From assembly GCA_963674745.2 (NCBI GenBank), contig CAXXDV010000003.1:2240001-2304000 (forward strand): a DNA stretch of 64,000 bases. The letters run 5' to 3'. The DNA comes from Desulfosudaceae bacterium. Its GTDB lineage: Bacteria; Desulfobacterota; Desulfobacteria; Desulfobacterales; Desulfosudaceae. Numbering within the stretch: position 1 is the stretch's first letter; every line of letters starts with the position of its first letter. The notes under the pieces are model-generated. The model was not told the DNA's origin. It was given only the letters and a program-made list of their open reading frames with translations, and searched no databases. The position numbers and the translations under genes are program-made. Shown here in pieces: positions 1-10,125 of this stretch.

Positions 1-200
1 CGCTCGGTGTCATCCAGAGCCATCATCCGCTGCAAAACATCAATCAAAGCCGGATTCAGGGAAAAAGAGAACAGGAACAGTCCTGATGCGGCAAACAGAA
101 AAAAATTAAACCTGTTCCATTTTTGTCCGCGAAAAACACGAAAGCTAAAAACAAAAAACAGAATCCCGACAATCATGCCGATCAGCCTGAGACTAGACAT
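1..200 (-). CDS. Membrane protein, N-terminal part only (runs off the window start); resembles DUF2304-type proteins associated with GT2 glycosyltransferases
   Basis: Read manually, not in the ORF track: ATG at 200, open to base 1, MSSLRLIGMIVGILFFVFSFRVFRGQKWNRFNFFLFAASGLFLFSFSLNPALIDVLQRMM...; AAGGA upstream; two hydrophobic segments. Confidence 0.5.
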   Translation of the reverse strand, partial: MSSLRLIGMIVGILFFVFSFRVFRGQKWNRFNFFLFAASGLFLFSFSLNPALIDVLQRMMALDDTE

Positions 201-580
201 GCCGCATCCTTTATAATCTAGATTTCCGGTACATCAAAATTTGCGTGCCTTGATCCTGAACGTTTAACTTTGTCTATTAAAGTACAATTTCTTACAAGCT
301 TAAAGCATCTTAATGTCAAAAAAAAATGAAGTCAACCAGCCGGGCGTCTTCAAAGGGCTAATATCACTATAAAATATAATTCTAAGGCAACCGGCAAATA
401 ATTCTTTTCTTTAGTTAACCGCTTTTGTATCCTTAATCTATAAAGATTACAGCCATCGTCCGTCATTTTTGTCTGACTTCGTTTTTTGAAAGAATCAGAG
501 CCAGGGCAATATTTTCCGGTATACGCGCCAGGGGAAAAACCAGGGTTGGAACAAGCAGAGAAAAAGAGAACACGACATTC

Positions 581-2800
581 ATGAAACATCTGTTGGTGGG
601 AATATTTCTCAAGCGTCAAATCTTTTCGGCAGCCGTCGTTCTGACGGTTCTGGCCCTGCTGACTTACGCCAACATCTTTAAATCACCGTTCATATTTGAC
701 GACGACCGCAACATCACCGAAAATCCGCTTATCCGGATGACCGAAATTACGCCGGAAGCCCTGACCCGGGTTTTAACCCGGGTTTTAAAATGCCCGTCAC
801 CCTTTCGCCCGCTGGCCAACCTCAGCTTTGCGGCCAACTATTTTCTCCACGGTTATGACGTCTGGGGCTATCATGCGGTCAATCTGATAATCCACATGAT
901 TACGGCGCTTATGGTCTTTCTGGTAACCAGACAGACCCTGGCGCTTTGCCAGGCAGATGAAAGGCTTGTCCCTTTTTTCGCCGCGGCCCTTTGGCTGGTC
1001 AACCCCCTGCATACCCAGTCGGTCACATATATTGTTCAGCGAATGAATTCCATGGCCGCCATGTTTTTCATGCTGGCACTGTTCTGCTTCATCCGGGGAC
1101 GAATAAATGCTGAGACCGGACAGCCCCGCTACCGCTCAGTCATGATGTACATTTTCTGCCTGATGGCCACTGTATCCGGGCTGGCCTCAAAGCAGATTGT
1201 GGCTGTCCTGCCGCTTATCCTGCTGCTTTATGAATGGTTTTTCTTTCAAAATCTGGATCGTGCCTGGCTGAGAAAACAGCTTCCCTGGATGGGTATTTTA
1301 ATTCTGGCCTTTGTTGTTCTGATCATTATTTACCTTGGCCACAATCCGCTTGAAACACTCGGCGAGATGTACGAAAAAAAGCCGTTCACCATGAAGCAGC
1401 GCCTGCTGACCGAAGCCGGTATTGTGATCTACTATATTTCACTGCTGGTCTTTCCCTATCCCGGCAGGCTGATCATGGATTACGACTTTCCCCTGGCACA
1501 CTCGCTGATGGATCCGATGGCGACCATCCCGGCCATCGTCGCCTTAATAATGCTGCTTATCGCAGCCGCAAACACGGCTCGGAGAAACCGCCTGATCTCT
1601 TTTGCCATATGCTGGTTCCTGATTACGCTCTTGATTGAATCTACAGTCATCGGAGTGGCCCTGATTTTCGAGCACCGCACTTATCTGCCCTCGGTCTTTC
1701 CGATAATCGGGCTGACGTTTCTGATATCCCGCCTGATCCGGCCCAGGGGACTGGCCCTGGCGTCACTCAGCCTCACTATTGTCGTCTGCGGCCTGTGGAC
1801 ATACCAGCGCAATACCACCTGGCAGAACGCCCTTGACATGTGGCGGGACAATATCGCCAAAAGCCCGTCTAAGGCCAGGCCATATGACGCGCTTGGATCC
1901 GAATATACGGATCTTGATGAATTTGACACGGCAATGACGTATTTTAAGCGATCTCTTGCTCGATCAACCCCACAGGAATATCAACACGCGGTTGCGTTGT
2001 GTAAAATCGGGGAATTATTAGTGCTGATGGATCAGCCTCGAGAAGCAGCGGCTTATTTAAAAAATGCCGTCATGGCGTTCCCTGAATACTGCCAGGCCCT
2101 CATTAATTATGGCGCAGCCTTGATTCTCCTGGGACAAACGGATGAAGCCATCATGTACAACCAACGAGCCCTGGCAATCAACCCTTATCTGGAAAAGGCA
2201 TACAATAACCTTGGTAACGCCTGGTTCAAAAAAGGAGAAGTACCCCTGGCCGTCAGTGCTTTACGCCAGGCAATGGCCCTCAACCCGACCTATTCAAAAG
2301 CCAGTAACAATCTTGCGACAATTCTGAGCATCAACAAACGATACGGCGGCATGATCGACCTGCTGAAACAAGCCGTCCGGCAAGACCCCCAAGATCCGCA
2401 TTTAGCCTATCAGCTGGCGCGGACCAGCCAGGCCTCCGGCATGACGGATCAGGCTATTCTCTGGTATAAACAGGCGCTATCTCTTGATCCGGATCAACCG
2501 ACATATTTGAACGCCTTGGGAGAAAGCTATGTTTCCGCCGGCAGGCTCGCGGACGCGGCAAAGGCACTGGAACGACTGGCCCGACAGCTACCGGATAATC
2601 CCACCGTGTTTTACAACCTGGCCTGCCTCTATGCCCGCCAGGAGGACCGGTATAATGCTGTTGAAAACCTGAAACGTGCCGTTGAGAACGGTTATGACAA
2701 CCGGGAGCATTTGCGGAACGATAAAGACCTGGAAAAAATTCATGATACGGATTATTATAAAAATTTTATCCAAAAATCTTTACCGACACCGCAGAAATAA
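581..2800 (+). CDS. TMTC-like GT-C glycosyltransferase (protein O-mannosyltransferase-like) with C-terminal TPR repeats, copy 1
   Basis: FIFDD..I..N, RPLANLSFAANY, GYHAVN, NPLHTQSVTYIVQR and EHRTYLP motifs; multi-TM N-half; TPR C-half ending YNLACLYA...GY...DKDL. Confidence 0.85.
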   Translation: MKHLLVGIFLKRQIFSAAVVLTVLALLTYANIFKSPFIFDDDRNITENPLIRMTEITPEALTRVLTRVLKCPSPFRPLANLSFAANYFLHGYDVWGYHAVNLIIHMITALMVFLVTRQTLALCQADERLVPFFAAALWLVNPLHTQSVTYIVQRMNSMAAMFFMLALFCFIRGRINAETGQPRYRSVMMYIFCLMATVSGLASKQIVAVLPLILLLYEWFFFQNLDRAWLRKQLPWMGILILAFVVLIIIYLGHNPLETLGEMYEKKPFTMKQRLLTEAGIVIYYISLLVFPYPGRLIMDYDFPLAHSLMDPMATIPAIVALIMLLIAAANTARRNRLISFAICWFLITLLIESTVIGVALIFEHRTYLPSVFPIIGLTFLISRLIRPRGLALASLSLTIVVCGLWTYQRNTTWQNALDMWRDNIAKSPSKARPYDALGSEYTDLDEFDTAMTYFKRSLARSTPQEYQHAVALCKIGELLVLMDQPREAAAYLKNAVMAFPEYCQALINYGAALILLGQTDEAIMYNQRALAINPYLEKAYNNLGNAWFKKGEVPLAVSALRQAMALNPTYSKASNNLATILSINKRYGGMIDLLKQAVRQDPQDPHLAYQLARTSQASGMTDQAILWYKQALSLDPDQPTYLNALGESYVSAGRLADAAKALERLARQLPDNPTVFYNLACLYARQEDRYNAVENLKRAVENGYDNREHLRNDKDLEKIHDTDYYKNFIQKSLPTPQK

Positions 2801-2937
2801 AATCATATCAAAAACAGATATGACGATTTGGTAAAATTCCTGGCCCGGATTGAGGCCCAGAAAGAGATGATGGAGAATGACGACAAAAAATCTTCTACGG
2901 GTATACGACATGACGACAGGGAGAAGCTAATCGATCC

Positions 2938-5133
2938 ATGAATCTTCCTTTATTTGGCAGCCACTCCCGGTGGCGGGTTCTCTTGATGCTTGTTTTTTTG
3001 ACGGCTGTATCGATTCCGGCTTACGTCAACATCCTTGACGCACCGTTTGTTTTTGACGACCTGCCCAACATCGTCAATAGCCCCCATATTCGATTGACAG
3101 AACTTACTTTAGACGGAATCATTAATGGCACCAAGGGGCAGTCTCCATTTCGACCGGTTGCTTATCTCTCTTTCTCATTAAACTATTATTTTTCCCGTTA
3201 TAACGTCACCGGTTTTCATCTGACCAATATTACCATTCATATCGCCGTCGCCTTTATGGTGTTTCTGATCGCCGGCCACACCCTGAGACTGGCTGGTATA
3301 ACCAGAGGTGTTATTCCGGAACTTTCAGCCATAGCCTGGCTGGTACACCCGCTCCATATCCAGTCCGTTACTTATACAGTACAACGCGTCAACAGCCTGG
3401 CCACCCTGTTCTTCCTGCTCAGTCTTTATCTGTATATCCTGGCCAGGCTGGCGCAGCGAACAGGCAAAAACAATCGCCTCAGAGCTGGTATGCTGTTTTC
3501 TGGATGCCTGGTTTCCGGGTTGCTGGCGCTGTTTTCAAAAGAAATTGCGGCGACACTGCCGGTATGCATCCTTCTTTACGAAATATTCTTTTTCCAGGGC
3601 CTGAGTCTTTCACGGCTTAAAAGGCCGGCCGAATGGCTGATCCTGATCTTCGTGATCTTAATACCCATCGCTATTCTCTATATTAAAGCGTCCCCCGTGG
3701 ACAGGGTTCTGGATTCCTATACCAATAAAGATTTTACCCTCGGCCAGCGCTTGCTAACCGAACCCAGGGTGATTGTCTATTATCTATCGCTCCTTTTTTT
3801 CCCGCACCCGGCCCGGTTAAATGTGGATTATGATTTTCCGATATCCAATTCACCGCTAGACCCGATCATGAGCCTGCTGGCGATAACGGCCATTATCGCC
3901 CTGCTGATAAAAGCCTTTTACCGGCCGAAACATCAACAGTTGTTGTCATTTGCCATTCTCTGGTTTCTGGGCAACCTGATCATCGAGTCTTCTTTTATCG
4001 GGCTGGCGATAATATTCGAACATCGGACCTATCTCCCCTCCACCTTCCTGATATTTGCTCTGGTAACAATTCTCATAAAAAAATTATCCCCTTCGATTGC
4101 CGCCGTTATTATCAGTTTGGCCATCATCACAGGAATGATCTGGACGCATCAGCGCAACGCCGTCTGGGAAGATACGCTCTCCCTGTGGCGGAACTGCGCC
4201 GAGAAAACACCCGGGAAAGCCGGCCCGGCCAACGGGGTGGGGTTGGGTTATCAACTGCACCAGCAACCGGAAAAGGCCCTTAAATGGTTTCTTAAAGCCG
4301 TGCAATTGAATCCGGGCTACCATGAGGCATACAGCAATGTCGGGGGAATCCTTATCAATCTGGGTCGTGCCGCCGAAGCCGTGCCCTATCTGGAAAAGGC
4401 CATCGCCTTGAACCCGGCAAACCATGCGGCCTTCAGCAACCTGGGGTCGGCCATGCAACGGATGAACCAACTCGAAAAAGCCGCCGGATATTATCGAAAA
4501 TCTATCAGCATCTATCCGGATTACGAAACCGCGCACAACAATCTCGGGGCCGTTCTGGTGGACATGGGGGATGTCGATCTAGCCCGGCACCACCTTAATC
4601 AGGCCATTCGCATCAACCCCGGATATCCAGACCCTTTTAACAACCTGGGACGGGCCATGATGCGGCTGGGGCGGACCGCGGATGCCATCAGCTATTATCA
4701 AAAAGCAATCGCCTTGAACCCGGAATACGCCATGGCCCATTTCAACTTGGGCACGGCCTGTTTCGAGGAACAGGACCTGGACTGCGCTCGTCGACACCTG
4801 GAACAGGCGGCCCGGTTTGCGCCGAACCCCGTGCTGGCCTTGAATAATCTGACGGCCGTACTGGTCATGCAGAAAGAATACGGGAAGGCGGCCGAAACCC
4901 TGGTCGAATTAATCGGGCTGCTCCCTGAAAGCGCCACCGTGCGTTACAACCTGGCCTGCGTTTACGCCATGGACGACAAAAAAGGGGACGCGATAAAATA
5001 TCTCAAACAAGCCGTCAATCTGGGTTATGACCACTGGGAGAACATGAGAAAAGATCCGGATCTGAAAAAAATTCGTGATACGGACTATTATCAAAACCTG
5101 GTACATGAGAATACCAGGAAGACTGAACAATGA
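2938..5133 (+). CDS. TMTC-like GT-C/TPR protein, copy 2
   Basis: FVFDD, RPVAYLSFSLNY, HPLHIQSVTYTVQR, EHRTYLP motifs; TPR array. Confidence 0.85.
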   Translation: MNLPLFGSHSRWRVLLMLVFLTAVSIPAYVNILDAPFVFDDLPNIVNSPHIRLTELTLDGIINGTKGQSPFRPVAYLSFSLNYYFSRYNVTGFHLTNITIHIAVAFMVFLIAGHTLRLAGITRGVIPELSAIAWLVHPLHIQSVTYTVQRVNSLATLFFLLSLYLYILARLAQRTGKNNRLRAGMLFSGCLVSGLLALFSKEIAATLPVCILLYEIFFFQGLSLSRLKRPAEWLILIFVILIPIAILYIKASPVDRVLDSYTNKDFTLGQRLLTEPRVIVYYLSLLFFPHPARLNVDYDFPISNSPLDPIMSLLAITAIIALLIKAFYRPKHQQLLSFAILWFLGNLIIESSFIGLAIIFEHRTYLPSTFLIFALVTILIKKLSPSIAAVIISLAIITGMIWTHQRNAVWEDTLSLWRNCAEKTPGKAGPANGVGLGYQLHQQPEKALKWFLKAVQLNPGYHEAYSNVGGILINLGRAAEAVPYLEKAIALNPANHAAFSNLGSAMQRMNQLEKAAGYYRKSISIYPDYETAHNNLGAVLVDMGDVDLARHHLNQAIRINPGYPDPFNNLGRAMMRLGRTADAISYYQKAIALNPEYAMAHFNLGTACFEEQDLDCARRHLEQAARFAPNPVLALNNLTAVLVMQKEYGKAAETLVELIGLLPESATVRYNLACVYAMDDKKGDAIKYLKQAVNLGYDHWENMRKDPDLKKIRDTDYYQNLVHENTRKTEQ

Positions 5134-5139
5134 CATTTC

Positions 5140-7593
5140 TTGCGGCAGCATCATATGCTGATATCAAACAAAAAACACGAATACACGATGCCCGGCAATA
5201 ACCCAAGTTTAACAATTCGTTCTTCAAGCGACTTCCCGGCATTCCACTTCCTTCTATCAGCCGCGGTAATGGCCCTGATCACCTTATTCGCTTATGCCGA
5301 TACCTTCAACGTCCCGTTTATTTACGATGATGTCAATAATATCACCTTAAACCGCCATATCCGGATGACAGCCGTCACTTTTGACAGCATTGCAGCCGTA
5401 TCCGAAAGCCCCAGTCCGCGCCCCTTCGCCAACCTGACGTTGGCCTTGAATTACTATTTCGGCCGTTATGACGTCCGGGGCTACCATGCCGTCAATCTGA
5501 CCATTCATATTCTGACGGGCCTTCTGCTGTTTCTGGTCGCCCGGTCCACCCTGCGGCTCTGCGGAACGGAGGACGTGATAGCACCGCTTCTGGCCGCGGC
5601 CCTGTGGCTGGTCAACCCGGTTCACACCCAGTCGGTGACCTACACCGTTCAGCGCATGAGCTCTCTGGCCACCCTGTTCTACCTTTTGGCCCTGTCATGT
5701 TATATCCGGGCGCGAATAACGGCTTTATCCGGACAAGGCCGCATTCCGCAAGTGCTTCTTTACGCGCTCTGCCTGGCCTCCGGTATACTCGGGCTGCTTT
5801 CCAAGCAGACAACGGCCACCCTGCCGGTGATGCTGTTTTTATATGAATGGTATTTCTTTCAGGACCGGAATCCGGGCTGGCTGAAAAAACAGGTACCCTG
5901 GATCGGTCTGACCGCCCTCCTGGTTCTTGTCGTGGCTGCCCCCTACCTGGGTACCAGCCCGCTGGATAAAATGCTGACAATCTATGAAAAGCAGCCGTTC
6001 ACCCCGGCCCAGCGGCTGCTGACCGAGCCGGCCGTGGTGATCTATTATATCAGCCTGCTGTTGTTTCCCCATCCGGACCGGCTGACCCTGCTTTACGATT
6101 TTCCGATTTTTTCATCGATGACCACCCCGATGACGGCCCTGGCAGGTATCATGGGTGTTTCCGTCCTGGTCCTGGCCGGTCTGATGCTGTCAGGGAAACA
6201 CCGCCTGCTGTCTTTCGCCGTTTTCTGGTTTCTGGGTAACCTGGTCATCGAATCCTCGGTCTTAGGCCTGGCAATTGTTTTTGAGCACCGGACCTACCTG
6301 CCGTCGGTTTTTCCCTTGATCGCCCTGACCGCGCTGGGGGTATCGGCATTCCGAAAACGGTGGCCGGCCGTAGTGATTGCCGGTTTCCTGATCCTCATCT
6401 GCGGCTTCTGGACACACCAGCGCAACACGGTCTGGAATGATACTGTCGGCTTCTGGCAGGACAATGTCGCCAAGGCCCCTGATATGCCGGAAGTCAACAA
6501 CAACCTGGGACAGGCCCTGCTGAAAAAAGGAGAAACCGAACAGGCGGCCGATTACTTCAAAATTGCCATGAAAAAAGATCCCGACCTGGAATCAGCCCGA
6601 GTCAACCTGGGGGTAACCCTGCAGCGAATGGGACAATCAGAATTAGCGGCCTCCCTCTACCGGACAATACTGACAACCAATCCCGCCAATACCAAGGCCC
6701 GGTTCAACCTGGCGATGCTTTTCAAAGAGGGCGGCCATACAGAAGCCGCTGTCAGGCAGTTAAAAAAAATAATCGCCGTCGACCCCCATGACACCAGCAC
6801 CATGCTCAATCTCGGCACGATCCTGCTGGAACAGCAGCACAACGCTCAAGCACTCATGTGGTTCAGAAAAGCCCTTACCCTGGATGCCGATGACCCCAAG
6901 CTCCTCAACAATCTGGGTGTTGTGCTGCACCGCCTGGACCGGACCGAAGAAGCCATAAGCGTACTGCGGCAGGGACTGACGCTGGCCCCGCACAACCCCA
7001 TGCTTCATAATAGCTTGGGATTGGCGCTGCTGGATTGTGGTCGATACGAAAAGGCCATGGAACATTTTCAACTGGCCCTGGCCGCCGATCCCGAAATGGC
7101 TGACGCCGTCAACAACCTCGGACTGGCGGCCGAAAAACAGGGAAAAACTGATCAGGCCATTGATTATTACCGGCAGGCCATGGGACTATCCCCGGCATAC
7201 GATCTGGCCCGCTACAATCTCGCGAATCTTCTCCTGAAAACGGGTCAGCCCGACAGCGCCATTTCCCTGCTGAACGACATCACCACCGTAAGTCCGGAAC
7301 ATCAGCCGGCCCTGCATCGGCTCATCGTTGCCCTGGTTGACGCACGGGCAATAGGCCCGGCAACCAGGCTGGCCGAAAAAACAGCGGCGGCATTACCCGA
7401 AGAGGCTGTTGCGCACTACAACCTGGCCTGCCTTTACGCGAGGCAGAACGATACAGACAAGGCTGTTAATGCCCTGCGAACAGCGATCGACAGAGGATAT
7501 GACCGCTGGGATTATCTGTGCGACGATAAAGACCTTGAGAATATTCACTATACGGAATATTATAAACTATTGACGCGGCAATGTGATCAATGA
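5140..7593 (+). CDS. TMTC-like GT-C/TPR protein, copy 3 (longest TPR array; true start may be ATG 5155 or 5188)
   Basis: FIYDD, RPFANLTLALNY, EHRTYLP motifs; TPR array. Confidence 0.85.
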   Translation: MRQHHMLISNKKHEYTMPGNNPSLTIRSSSDFPAFHFLLSAAVMALITLFAYADTFNVPFIYDDVNNITLNRHIRMTAVTFDSIAAVSESPSPRPFANLTLALNYYFGRYDVRGYHAVNLTIHILTGLLLFLVARSTLRLCGTEDVIAPLLAAALWLVNPVHTQSVTYTVQRMSSLATLFYLLALSCYIRARITALSGQGRIPQVLLYALCLASGILGLLSKQTTATLPVMLFLYEWYFFQDRNPGWLKKQVPWIGLTALLVLVVAAPYLGTSPLDKMLTIYEKQPFTPAQRLLTEPAVVIYYISLLLFPHPDRLTLLYDFPIFSSMTTPMTALAGIMGVSVLVLAGLMLSGKHRLLSFAVFWFLGNLVIESSVLGLAIVFEHRTYLPSVFPLIALTALGVSAFRKRWPAVVIAGFLILICGFWTHQRNTVWNDTVGFWQDNVAKAPDMPEVNNNLGQALLKKGETEQAADYFKIAMKKDPDLESARVNLGVTLQRMGQSELAASLYRTILTTNPANTKARFNLAMLFKEGGHTEAAVRQLKKIIAVDPHDTSTMLNLGTILLEQQHNAQALMWFRKALTLDADDPKLLNNLGVVLHRLDRTEEAISVLRQGLTLAPHNPMLHNSLGLALLDCGRYEKAMEHFQLALAADPEMADAVNNLGLAAEKQGKTDQAIDYYRQAMGLSPAYDLARYNLANLLLKTGQPDSAISLLNDITTVSPEHQPALHRLIVALVDARAIGPATRLAEKTAAALPEEAVAHYNLACLYARQNDTDKAVNALRTAIDRGYDRWDYLCDDKDLENIHYTEYYKLLTRQCDQ
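5355..6599 (+). repeat. ~1.25 kb near-identical direct repeat, copy A (GT-C domain of TMTC-like gene 3)
   Basis: Matches 7848-9092 at offset 2493 with only scattered substitutions. Confidence 0.95.
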
Positions 7594-7680
7594 AGCTTAA
7601 GCAGTCACTGAAATATACCAATCCTGTCCCGGATGCCCGATCAATGGCAATGACGGGCGGAGGGGCTCCCGACGTCCGGA

Positions 7681-9675
7681 ATGCGAGGGCATAAAACAGC
7701 CATGACGACCGTTCTTTTAAACAGCCATCCCGGGCGCCAGACCGTTCTTGCGGTCGCTGTCATGACGTTACTGGCTTTACTGGTTTACGCTAATACTTTC
7801 AATGTTCCTTTTAATTACGACGACACCAACAACATTCTCACGAACACCCATATCCGGATGACAGCCGTCACTTTTGACAGCATTGCAGCCGTATCCGAAA
7901 GCCCCAGTCCGCGCCCCTTCGCCAATCTGACGTTGGCCTTGAATTACTATTTCGGCCGTTATGACGTCCGGGGCTACCATGCCGTCAATCTGACCATTCA
8001 TATTCTGACGGGCCTTCTGCTGTTTCTGGTCGCCCGGTCCACCCTGCGGCTCTGCGGAACGGAGGACGTGATAGCACCGCTTCTAGCCGCGGCCCTGTGG
8101 CTGGTCAACCCGGTTCACACCCAGTCGGTGACCTACACCGTTCAGCGCATGAGCTCTCTGGCCACCCTGTTCTACCTTTTGGCCCTGTCATGTTATATCC
8201 GGGCGCGAATAACGGCTTTATCCGGACAAGGCCGCATTCCGCAAGTGCTTCTTTACGCGCTCTGCCTGGCCTCCGGTATACTCGGGCTGCTTTCCAAGCA
8301 GACAACGGCCACCCTGCCGGTGATGCTGTTTTTATATGAATGGTATTTCTTTCAGGACCGGAATCCGGGCTGGCTGAAAAAACAGGTACCCTGGATCGGT
8401 CTGACCGCCCTCCTGGTTCTTATCGTGGCTGCCCCCTACCTGGGTACCAGCCCGCTGGATAAAATACTGACGACCTATGTAAAACAGCCGTTCACCCCGG
8501 CCCAGCGGCTGCTGACCGAGCCGGCCGTGGTGATCTATTATATCAGCCTGCTGTTGTTTCCCCATCCGGACCGGCTGACCCTGCTTTACGATTTTCCGAT
8601 TTTTTCATCAATGACCACCCCGATGACGGCCCTGGCAGGTATCATGGGTGTTTCCGTCCTGGTCCTGGCCGGTCTGATGCTGTCAGGGAAACACCGCCTG
8701 CTGTCTTTCGCCGTTTTCTGGTTTCTGGGCAACCTGGTCATCGAATCCTCGGTCTTAGGCCTGGCAATTGTTTTTGAGCACCGGACCTACCTGCCGTCGG
8801 TTTTTCCCTTGATCGCCCTGACCGCGCTGGGGGTATCGGCATTCCGAAAACGGTGGCCGGCCGTAGTGATTGCCGGTTTCCTGATCCTCATCTGCGGCTT
8901 CTGGACACACCAGCGCAACACGGTCTGGAATGATACTGTCGGCTTCTGGCAGGACAATGTCGCCAAGGCCCCTGATATGCCGGAAGTCAACAACAACCTG
9001 GGACAGGCCCTGCTGAAAAAAGGAGAAACCGAACAGGCGGCCGATTACTTCAAAACTGCCATAGAAAAAGATCCCGACCTGGAATCAGCCCGTCTTAACC
9101 TGGGCGTGGTAATGCTGATGACCGGAAAAATAAAACAGGCCGAAGCGCACCTTGAACAGGCCGCTTTGCTGGTTCCGGATTGCGGTCACTATAACAATCT
9201 GGGACTGACCGTCATGAAAACAGGCGACATTGAACGGGCCATTGCCTTTTTCAACCAGGCCCTTTATTTCAATCCCCATGATGCCAATACTCACTTCAAT
9301 CTGGGTACGGCCTGGTTTCAGCAAAAAAATCTGGATCGGGCCCGGAAACATCTGCAGCAGGCGGCCCGGTTGGCACCGGATCCTGTACTGGCACTGAATA
9401 ACCTTACAACTGTTTTGGTCATGCAAAAAAAATACGAGGAAGCCGCTAATACACTTCGCCACCTCTCCCGACTGAAACCGCATAATCCTGCGATCTATTA
9501 CAACCTGGCCTGCGTTTACGCCCTTAAAAACGAAAAGGAAACGTCCGTAGAAACGCTTAAAAGGGCCGTGGATTTGGGTTACAACCGCTGGCATCATCTG
9601 AAAAACGATCCCGACCTCGCCAACATACATGACACGGCTTACTTTAAGCGCCTGACAGGAACCGGAGGCATGTGA
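7681..9675 (+). CDS. TMTC-like GT-C/TPR protein, copy 4 (shortest TPR array)
   Basis: FNYDD and the same motifs; membrane domain almost identical to copy 3. Confidence 0.85.
   Translation: MRGHKTAMTTVLLNSHPGRQTVLAVAVMTLLALLVYANTFNVPFNYDDTNNILTNTHIRMTAVTFDSIAAVSESPSPRPFANLTLALNYYFGRYDVRGYHAVNLTIHILTGLLLFLVARSTLRLCGTEDVIAPLLAAALWLVNPVHTQSVTYTVQRMSSLATLFYLLALSCYIRARITALSGQGRIPQVLLYALCLASGILGLLSKQTTATLPVMLFLYEWYFFQDRNPGWLKKQVPWIGLTALLVLIVAAPYLGTSPLDKILTTYVKQPFTPAQRLLTEPAVVIYYISLLLFPHPDRLTLLYDFPIFSSMTTPMTALAGIMGVSVLVLAGLMLSGKHRLLSFAVFWFLGNLVIESSVLGLAIVFEHRTYLPSVFPLIALTALGVSAFRKRWPAVVIAGFLILICGFWTHQRNTVWNDTVGFWQDNVAKAPDMPEVNNNLGQALLKKGETEQAADYFKTAIEKDPDLESARLNLGVVMLMTGKIKQAEAHLEQAALLVPDCGHYNNLGLTVMKTGDIERAIAFFNQALYFNPHDANTHFNLGTAWFQQKNLDRARKHLQQAARLAPDPVLALNNLTTVLVMQKKYEEAANTLRHLSRLKPHNPAIYYNLACVYALKNEKETSVETLKRAVDLGYNRWHHLKNDPDLANIHDTAYFKRLTGTGGM
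7848..9092 (+). repeat. ~1.25 kb near-identical direct repeat, copy B (GT-C domain of TMTC-like gene 4)
   Basis: Matches 5355-6599. Confidence 0.95.
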
Positions 9676-9826
9676 TGACGACAAAGATCAGACATGACGT
9701 TTTTTGGCAAAAAAAAGACAAAAAAGGGCAAACGCCGGTTCTGCGTTGTTGCACCGGAAAAATAAAAAACATGCAACTATTTTATAATATTATAATTTAA
9801 GCCAAAGACGGCCTTTAAAATAAAGC

Positions 9827-9842
9827 TGGCATTTTATTTGCT
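9827..9842 (+). promoter_or_regulatory. Sigma-54 (-24/-12) promoter upstream of the filament subunit genes
   Basis: TGGCAT-TTTAT-TTGCT; GG at 9828-29 and GC at 9840-41 give canonical spacing; AT-rich upstream region. Confidence 0.7.
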
Positions 9843-10125
9843 TTTTTATTTTTGATACGCTTTTGCTTCATCAGCTTATTTGTTGGCGGGGAAAAAAAAT
9901 ATTGACAGGTTTATTTTGTCAGTGTTATGAGTTGATGACGTAAACACTGTTTACGTCTGTGAAAGGGGGTGATAAGGGCAAACTGGTTCTATCCAGACTC
10001 TGTTTTTTAGAGTCGACTATCGTCGGACTACCGTGCAAAACCCAAGCACATCCTTGGTCGGCGAAAAAGTTAAAAGTACTCAATTTAGTAAACCAAACGC
10101 TCAATCAACTTGTGGAGGAAACAGA

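Noticed and set aside
763..788. 12-bp tandem duplication ACCCGGGTTTTA in TMTC-like gene 1
   Set aside because: In-frame two-copy duplication (LTRVLTRV); no sign of a phase-variation tract
9975..10045. GGGCAAAC...GCAAAAC in the subunit leader as a GEMM riboswitch
   Set aside because: Tetraloop/receptor and spacing do not fit
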